Assembly: GCA_048939465.1 (NCBI GenBank)
Contig: JBHLPL010000001.1
Location: 60,001-92,000 of the forward strand
From: Promethearchaeota archaeon
Lineage (GTDB): Archaea > Asgardarchaeota > Odinarchaeia > Odinarchaeales > JBHLKK01
Direction of reading: 5' to 3'
Length of the DNA stretch: 32,000 nt
The notes beneath the pieces are model-generated. The model did no database searches. It saw only the letters and a program-made list of their open reading frames with translations, and was not told the origin of the DNA. The position numbers were made by a program, and so were the translations under genes. Shown here in pieces: positions 25,841 to 32,000 of this stretch; position 1 is the first letter of the stretch; each line of letters begins with the position of its first letter.

Positions 25841-26488
25841 TTACTCTTTTTCTTTTTCCTCTTCTGGTATGTCTTCTTTAAGCCCTTTCTTAATATCTTC
25901 AAGTTCCTTCCGTATTTTGTCCTTCTTCTTTTCAGCGACAGCCTTCTCTTTTTCGGTGGGAATCTCAGGTAACTCTTCTTCTATGGCCACTTCCTCTTGA
26001 AGTTTTGCTAACTCCCTCTCTACGTCAATGTCTTCGCCTTCATCCAAAGCTGTGGCACTTAACATCTCACTGGTTTTCTCTATCTCATCAACCAGTTGTT
26101 CAGTTTTTAGCATAACTTCAGTAGCTTTCTCACTTGACATAAGTCTTCTTGCTTCTTCAAGTTGTTCAAGACCAACTTCAAGGGCACGTCCCATGTCGGC
26201 AGTATCTCTAGCAGTCTCGATCATATCAATAACATCTTCTAGGCTGCCTACCTGTCTATGATAACGATTCATCCATGTGGTATATCTTTTCCATTTTCGA
26301 AGATGTGTCCTTGCCCCATCTGTGTTTCCTTGCCTTACAAGCTCTCTTGCTCTCTGCTTGCTTTCTCCTGCCTTTCTTTCAAATCCACGAACTCTGAGTG
26401 TCATCTTGTTGATTGTTGCACGCATTTCTGTAACTGCTTCGTCTCTGCTTTCCTTTTTCTTGGGGAATAGCTTCCTCAGAAAACCCAA
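25841..26488 (-). CDS. ESCRT-III subunit, Vps20/32/60 (Snf7) class
   Basis: MGFLRKLF amphipathic helix, G...AR..LRK.KRY hairpin, IETA, DIDVERELAKLQEE...ELPEIP, MIM-like IRKELEDIKK. Confidence 0.88.
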   Translation of the reverse strand: MGFLRKLFPKKKESRDEAVTEMRATINKMTLRVRGFERKAGESKQRARELVRQGNTDGARTHLRKWKRYTTWMNRYHRQVGSLEDVIDMIETARDTADMGRALEVGLEQLEEARRLMSSEKATEVMLKTEQLVDEIEKTSEMLSATALDEGEDIDVERELAKLQEEVAIEEELPEIPTEKEKAVAEKKKDKIRKELEDIKKGLKEDIPEEEKEKE

Positions 26489-26599
26489 ACAACTTCACCT
26501 CATCAATACTAGAATTGACATTTTGAGCTTATTATACTTTACTTTTTAGTTCTCCTATTTCTAAACCTTATGCTCTGTCGAAAGGAGCACTGAGTCTCC

Positions 26600-26896
26600 T
26601 CATTCTTTCTTATCGTCTTTGCCTATTTCCCTTATTAGCGGCTTTTCCTCCTTCAGTCCGAGAATTCTGAACTTGGGGTATTGCTTTTCCAATTGTTCTC
26701 TCAGTCTTTCTTTATTTACGTTTCCGTGCGTTTCAACATTAACAATCGGTCTGTCGCCTTCGTATGTTACTTGAATCGGATAACCGCCTGCACCGCCAAA
26801 ATCGTCGTTCAGAAATCTCTTTTCTAAGGCCTCAGATAATCCGAAATCTTCATCAAATGGATCAGAAATGGTTCCCTTTTTTTTCTTTTTGCCTAA
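26600..26896 (-). CDS. Small hypothetical protein (98 aa) absent from the ORF track; no canonical start codon
   Basis: Manual translation (L/M)GKKKKKGTISDPFDEDFGLSEALEKRFLNDDFGGAGGYPIQVTYEGDRPIVNVETHGNVNKERLREQLEKQYPKFRILGLKEEKPLIREIGKDDKKE*; G-run SD + TTA. Confidence 0.65.
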   Translation of the reverse strand, partial: LGKKKKKGTISDPFDEDFGLSEALEKRFLNDDFGGAGGYPIQVTYEGDRPIVNVETHGNVNKERLREQLEKQYPKFRILGLKEEKPLIREIGKDDKKE

Positions 26897-27197
26897 AGGG
26901 TTCCCCCCCTGCTGAAAAATATACCCAATTATCTTATGATTTACGGAAAAATAAAAAACTAATGGTTTCCGATAAGGTTTATCGTTTGAGGGTTAGGTAT
27001 GGTTTCCTAGAAATGCTTTTCATCAGGGAATTCGCATACTTCCCGCATGTGGGTGGTTTTGCTGTCACTGAAGGGAAAATCGAGGAAGCACGGGAGAGGA
27101 GATTGAGAAGGCTTGGGAAATAAGTTCACGAGGGCTGTCAAGAGGGATTGTTATACGTCTATGATCGACTCAATGAGTTGAAGGACCAGGAGGAATT

Positions 27198-27857
27198 ATG
27201 TTGGTTGGCAAAAAATACTCATCGCTCAAAAAGAAAATCGTAGAAATAGAAAAAAAGCTCCTTGAAAAGGGTTTTGTTGTTGGCCCTGCAGGAAATGTAA
27301 GTGCTAGGACTCCCGAAGAGGACAAGATCCTCATAACTCCAAGTGGAGTAACTCATGATAGGATTAAGACTGAGGATATCCTGATCGTAGATTTTAAAGG
27401 TGATATCTTAGATGGTGAGCTTGCCCCCTCGAGTGAAATAGAAATGCACTTGTCTATATACCGAACGCAAGAAGATGCTGGTGCAGTAATCCACTCTCAC
27501 CCACCCTTTTCCACAGCTTTGGCAGTCGTTGGGGAAACTATTCCTCCTCTTACGGATGAATTTGTGGTTTTCGTTGGGGGGGAGGTGAGACTGGCAGATT
27601 ATGCTGTTGCTGGGAGCGAAGAGCTGGCAAATAATGTTATTTTGGCCATAGGAGGCAGCAGGGCAGTTCTGCTTTCAAATCACGGACTTCTTTGCTACGG
27701 GAGGGATTTGGACGATGCGCTGTTTGTTACGGAACTTGTGGAAGAAACAGCCAGAGTACTTGTCCATGCGTTGACAATTGGCACCCCCAAACCCTTGCCG
27801 AAAGATATCATTGAAAAACAAAGAGAGACCTTCAAAATGATAAAATCTCGACGATAG
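27198..27857 (+). CDS. Class II aldolase/adducin family protein (L-fuculose-1-phosphate aldolase-like)
   Basis: GNVSAR, ITPSG, PSSEIEMH, HSHPP, LLSNHG. Confidence 0.92.
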   Translation: MLVGKKYSSLKKKIVEIEKKLLEKGFVVGPAGNVSARTPEEDKILITPSGVTHDRIKTEDILIVDFKGDILDGELAPSSEIEMHLSIYRTQEDAGAVIHSHPPFSTALAVVGETIPPLTDEFVVFVGGEVRLADYAVAGSEELANNVILAIGGSRAVLLSNHGLLCYGRDLDDALFVTELVEETARVLVHALTIGTPKPLPKDIIEKQRETFKMIKSRR

Positions 27858-27924
27858 GTAGTAACTATGCCTTCAATCAGTTCTGGCATAACGTTCGTGG
27901 TAAGTCTTTCGGAGTTCGTCAGAT

Positions 27925-28701
27925 ATGAGAATATCTTTTGATAGAGTTGCACATGTTTATGATAAAACAAGAGGCCTCCCTAATCGAGTGATGAGTCAGC
28001 TAATCGAAAGGCTAACCGAAGAGCTATCCGATAAAAGAACTATTCTAGATGCAGGTGTTGGGACTGGAAGGTTTGCAGAACCTTTAACGGATATTGGACT
28101 CAATGTTGTTGGAATAGATATTGCGAAGGAAATGATGAAGAAAGCAGCTGAGAGGGGCTTAGATAAACTGCTTTTGAGCGATGTCCTATTCCTCCCGTTC
28201 AGGGACAGTTCCTTTGAGGTCACGATTTCAATACATCTTCTTCATCTGGTCCGCGGGTGGAAAAAAGCCCTACATGAAATCTGCAGAGTAACTACAAAAG
28301 AAATGATTTCGATGGACTACAGATACAAGAACCCGATTCGTACGGCCTATGACCGTCTTCTCAGAAGCCATGGGTATGAACCGCGCAGGGTCGGAAAAGG
28401 AGAATGGGAATTGAAAGATATAGTGAAACCTTCGAAGTCATCGTTTGTAGCTTCCTTTAATATTGATGCAAATGAAACTCTTGCTTATCTCGGTCAAATG
28501 GTTTATTCGAGTCAGTGGGAATTGCCAAAAGGCATAAACGATAAGATTGTAAGTGAATTGGGAGCGCGATTTGCCGATAGGCTGATTCCTCAGGAACTGC
28601 ACCTTTTAGTGTGGGATGTGGAAGACCTAAGAGATTTTTGCGGCAATAGCTTGAGACCAGCCAGATGGGATACCTGCCTCGATGAAGACCGGCCTACATA
28701 A
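27925..28701 (+). CDS. Class I SAM-dependent methyltransferase
   Basis: FDRVAHVYDKTR, ILDAGVGTGRF, VVGIDIAKEMM, LPFRDSSFE, HLLHLV. Confidence 0.9.
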   Translation: MRISFDRVAHVYDKTRGLPNRVMSQLIERLTEELSDKRTILDAGVGTGRFAEPLTDIGLNVVGIDIAKEMMKKAAERGLDKLLLSDVLFLPFRDSSFEVTISIHLLHLVRGWKKALHEICRVTTKEMISMDYRYKNPIRTAYDRLLRSHGYEPRRVGKGEWELKDIVKPSKSSFVASFNIDANETLAYLGQMVYSSQWELPKGINDKIVSELGARFADRLIPQELHLLVWDVEDLRDFCGNSLRPARWDTCLDEDRPT

Positions 28702-28717
28702 CGGGTGCCGTACTGAC

Positions 28718-29968
28718 TTAATGACTGAATATACTTTTCCATTTTGCAGGAACATTTTTGCTATAGACAATCTCTTCTGCACCTAAGAATTCACCTAATT
28801 CTTCGATCGTATTAATCACCATCTGACCTTCTTCCTTGGTCAAGCTTACGTCCTCTTCTGCGTAAATTGCGTTGATTTTCAGTCTTTCATTCTTCCGATC
28901 CATCACTGGATCTATGCGACCTATGAATCTGTCGCCCTGCAAAATTGGCATAGCATATTGACCATATTTGCGCTTGAACTGGGGCACATAAATCTCTAGC
29001 CGGAAGCTGAACTTGAAAACCTGTTCGGTACGTTGGCGATCACAAATCAGATTATCGAAAGGAGAAAGGAGCGTTGTTCGGGACCCCCATTCGGCACTAG
29101 ATATTCGGTCAATCATGGGCAGGTCACTAACATGGACGTACCAAGATCCAGGCCAAAGTCTACCATTCTTGTCGTCCTCTATGCGCACGCGTGCAATATG
29201 TCCTTCGGATTCAAGATTTTCGAGCACTTTGCTCAAATCCCCGTAGCAATTCCGAATATAATGATTACGAATGTGGATGGCACGTGCCACACCAAGGGCA
29301 CGTAATGATTTTTCTGCGCCCCTTCGAGCAATCTCGGCTTCGGATAATATTTCTTTTGGGGCCCAGTCGGGTAAGAATCGGTCTGTAAGGTCCCACCACT
29401 TCCGTCTGCCTGCACGTTTTGCAACCATAATCTTACCTGTGGCCCAGAGATAGGTAAGCATCTGGTTGACATTCCGACCAGCGGTCCAGCCTGTGGACTG
29501 CCAATCCGCAATTGCTACATTCTTGAAGTGGCTGGATGGAAGGGGACCGTGATCCCGAATCTCGGTAAGAATATGGTTACGCAAAACCTTATTCTCTCCA
29601 ACCCAGGCACGAATCTTCCGGGCCCAGGGTGAGTCTCCAGCATAGGCGGTGCGCATTAACCCGTCGAAGATCGGATAGTCTTCGGTAGGTACTATTGAAG
29701 TGGCATGCGCCCAGTTCTCAAAGAGCTTCCGTTCCTTCCACATTAATCTGTCAAGGCATCTCGGATCGTAAGGACCTAGACGACTCCATAATACGAGTAA
29801 ATGGCTGGGAGCTACAACACTTATCGGATCTATCTGTATACATCCTAGGCCTCGAAGGACCTCTAAAATACCGATCTCGTTGGCCGGAGGCCGAGGACCC
29901 GCTAGATGCTGGCGCATAACTGCCAAACGCCTGGCCAGCGCAGGTGTGATAACACGCGTAGAATTCAT
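28718..29968 (-). CDS. YcaQ/AlkZ-family winged-helix DNA glycosylase (crosslink repair)
   Basis: IQIDPISVVAPSHLLVLWSRLGPY (QxD motif), LFENWAHA, LLSPFDNLI.DR.R...F.F..RLEIYVP..KRKYG.Y. Confidence 0.88.
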   Translation of the reverse strand: MNSTRVITPALARRLAVMRQHLAGPRPPANEIGILEVLRGLGCIQIDPISVVAPSHLLVLWSRLGPYDPRCLDRLMWKERKLFENWAHATSIVPTEDYPIFDGLMRTAYAGDSPWARKIRAWVGENKVLRNHILTEIRDHGPLPSSHFKNVAIADWQSTGWTAGRNVNQMLTYLWATGKIMVAKRAGRRKWWDLTDRFLPDWAPKEILSEAEIARRGAEKSLRALGVARAIHIRNHYIRNCYGDLSKVLENLESEGHIARVRIEDDKNGRLWPGSWYVHVSDLPMIDRISSAEWGSRTTLLSPFDNLICDRQRTEQVFKFSFRLEIYVPQFKRKYGQYAMPILQGDRFIGRIDPVMDRKNERLKINAIYAEEDVSLTKEEGQMVINTIEELGEFLGAEEIVYSKNVPAKWKSIFSH

Positions 29969-30437
29969 GTATCAGGAGATATCTCGGTGCACATATAAGC
30001 ATTGTTTCCCATTCTTTTTGAAACATGACTTTTATGGGTGCAGGACCAGTAACAGGCGCAGCTATCTGAGTCATTCGATGGGGTGGTATTTTACTAGAAT
30101 GGAAGGGACCAAACGATTTCAAGCACTCTCTGAATGACGTCAGATGTATTCATGTCTTTTGCTTGTGGCTGAGTACAGTGGCGTGCATAGGCGATATTTT
30201 TGGTGGAGCGGCGCAGCAGAAACGGAAGCTCCGGAAACCAGTATCCTAAAGACGAAGTTAGAGCAATTTGAGTACCGGGGCTCAATCATCAATAACGCTT
30301 AAATAACGGATCCAGAACAAAAAGGACTTAAAGCCCCCGTCCGAAATCGAGATTTCGTCGGGACAACTCAAGCACTCGAAGAATCTGCTTGATACGGCTG
30401 AGAGATATTTGAATCACAGATTGGGCGAGGTCTATGG

Positions 30438-31409
30438 ATGAGTGGACTCATACTCCTGCCGATGATGCTTGCTGGATCGTTAGTCATCATGGCTGTATCC
30501 AGCCATTTTGCCGTAGCATCGATGGAAAGAATAATCGAGTTTACAGGCTTAAGTGAAGCCGCTGCGGGGATTGGGATTCTTGCAGTAATGACTTCCGCCC
30601 CTGAAATGACTGTAGCCCTTTTTTCAGTCCTCCAAGGAGCTCCCGGAATAGCTATAGGTGACATTTTGGGCTCAAACGTATTTAATCTAGGGGCGATCAT
30701 GGGCATACTAGGGATGATCGGTTTTCTCAAGACGTGCTGTCCTGATACTGTTATGATAACACAGTTAACAGATATTCTTTTTCTAACCGCATTAATCCCC
30801 ATACTCATTGTGATATTTGAAATAGCAACTCCAGTCGTTGGTGTAATTCTCTTCGGGGTCTTCATACTCAATATCCATTCTATGACAAAGAAGAGAACAT
30901 TAATCCCGGTTGCAAAAGAAGAAGAAAAACCTTCAATACCCAAGACAGACAGATTCTCAAGAATCGTTAAGGACCGCAAGATAGCAGTCGTGGCAATACT
31001 GATTCTTAGTCTCGCCGGCCTTATGACTGCTGGAAGTCTGGTGGTCTCATCTGGCACAGGAATCGCCACTCTGCTGGGAGCCCCCCCGATACTGGTCGGG
31101 GCGAAGATTGTTTCGTTGGGTACTTCCCTACCAGAGCTTACTCTTGACCTTACAGCTGCTCGACGAGGACGCGTGCAAATGGCACTGGGAGACATTGTAG
31201 GGTCCAATCTAATGAATTTGACCTTTGTATTGGGGCTTGTCTTCATCACCTCATCTTTTACAGTTGACACAACCATCTTTTCAGAAATTCTACCATTTCT
31301 GCTGATCACGACCCTCATTTTCTGGCGTTTTCTTATGAGAGGCGAAATTTCAAAAGTAGGGGGATCGCTTCTATTGGTTTCCTACATATTATTTCTTATA
31401 ATCGTCTGA
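30438..31409 (+). CDS. Na+/Ca2+ antiporter (CaCA family, YrbG-like)
   Basis: Two alpha repeats: TSAPEM...GDILGSNVFN and GTSLPEL...GDIVGSNLMN. Confidence 0.92.
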   Translation: MSGLILLPMMLAGSLVIMAVSSHFAVASMERIIEFTGLSEAAAGIGILAVMTSAPEMTVALFSVLQGAPGIAIGDILGSNVFNLGAIMGILGMIGFLKTCCPDTVMITQLTDILFLTALIPILIVIFEIATPVVGVILFGVFILNIHSMTKKRTLIPVAKEEEKPSIPKTDRFSRIVKDRKIAVVAILILSLAGLMTAGSLVVSSGTGIATLLGAPPILVGAKIVSLGTSLPELTLDLTAARRGRVQMALGDIVGSNLMNLTFVLGLVFITSSFTVDTTIFSEILPFLLITTLIFWRFLMRGEISKVGGSLLLVSYILFLIIV

Positions 31410-31517
31410 AGCTGTGAAGATATAAATACAGAATAAATCGAGTCCTCCTTGGATTCTATGCAATAAGTATTTTTACTACGAGTTCAATTGTACTAGAAAT
31501 TCAAGGAGGATTGAAAC

Positions 31518-32000
31518 GTGGTTGAATTACATCCTTCCATCTCTATATCTCGACTGCATAGACATCTTTCAGAACTCGAGAGAATTGGCAACAGGTGGCC
31601 TGGATCTGAAGGCGAATCAAAAGCCCAAGAGTATATATATTCTTACCTAAGAAGCTTGGACATTGACGATGTCTTCCTAGATGAGTACGAGTTCCTCCAA
31701 TACAAACCGGTGAAATTCGAGCTTAGTCTGACAACACCTGTAACTGATAACATAGTATGTAGACCGATGTCCTATACTGAAAATGCATCCGTTTCTGGGG
31801 AGATAGCTTATGCGGGAAGTGGCAGTCCTGAAGAATTCAGATCAATCGATGAGCAAGGTATTGAAATAGAAGACAGGATTGTCATGGCGACGACTGATAT
31901 CCCTTTTGAGATAACCCCTCTGGTCGAAGACAGAGGAGGCATTGCATTAATAGCTGTTTCAAATGCACCGGAGTCACTAATACGAAATTGTGTTGGCAAA
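31518..32000 (+). CDS. PA-domain/M28-family peptidase, 3'-truncated by window edge
   Basis: Manual translation from GTG 31518 (SD GGAGG + 8 nt): ...IGNRWPGSEGESKAQEYI...SGEIAYAGSGSPEEF...IEDRIVM...GGIALI; open to the window end. Confidence 0.7.
   Translation, partial: MVELHPSISISRLHRHLSELERIGNRWPGSEGESKAQEYIYSYLRSLDIDDVFLDEYEFLQYKPVKFELSLTTPVTDNIVCRPMSYTENASVSGEIAYAGSGSPEEFRSIDEQGIEIEDRIVMATTDIPFEITPLVEDRGGIALIAVSNAPESLIRNCVGK

Noticed and set aside
26764-27123. 119-aa plus-strand ORF (or a 53-aa ORF from ATG ~26962)
   Set aside because: No recognisable motif or SD, and it overlaps the better-supported minus-strand 98-aa ORF. The short version cannot be fully excluded.
809-30285. Many antisense or alternate-frame ORFs in the track (e.g. 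2879-3301, 8946-9440, 15139-15699, 18808-19371, 21781-22170, 29751-30122)
   Set aside because: They overlap well-supported genes and have no motifs. 2879-3301 and 21781-22170 resemble each other only because they are antisense to paralogous GTPases.
30368-31318. 316-aa ORF antisense to the CaCA antiporter
   Set aside because: Shadow ORF typical of hydrophobic genes; the plus strand has both CaCA alpha repeats.
1-32000. CRISPR arrays, tRNA/rRNA genes, IS elements or integrases
   Set aside because: No regularly spaced repeats, cloverleaf or rRNA-like tracts, transposase motifs or terminal inverted repeats were seen by eye. Short ncRNAs could have been missed.

Overview
Gene-dense archaeal window, almost certainly from an Asgard archaeon (class not determinable from this window). 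It holds a nearly complete ubiquitin-ESCRT toolkit in ~26 kb. Ubiquitin side: E1, E2, a pro-ubiquitin (GG-DP), a small RING E3 and a RING-small GTPase fusion. ESCRT side: ESCRT-I (UEV-Vps23, Vps28), ESCRT-II (Vps22, Vps25 and a second, long EAP30 protein with Zn fingers and a PH/GLUE-like segment, i.e. Vps36-like), both ESCRT-III classes and Vps4. Interleaved are a HerA/VirB4-like ATPase apparently co-transcribed with ESCRT-III, a 1318-aa surface protein, a longin-GTPase fusion, a PTAP-containing coiled-coil protein, a DedA/VTT protein, a DGGGP synthase-like prenyltransferase and an ArcE/cDPGS-family enzyme. The right end is metabolic/housekeeping (class II aldolase, SAM methyltransferase, YcaQ-like glycosylase, CaCA antiporter, partial PA-domain/M28 peptidase). 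Many genes use TTG starts. Two genes (the E2 and an unannotated 98-aa ORF) seem to lack any ATG/GTG/TTG start. No rRNA, tRNA, CRISPR array or mobile element was recognised. All calls come from manual motif reading; no database searches were run, and identity values are approximate hand counts.
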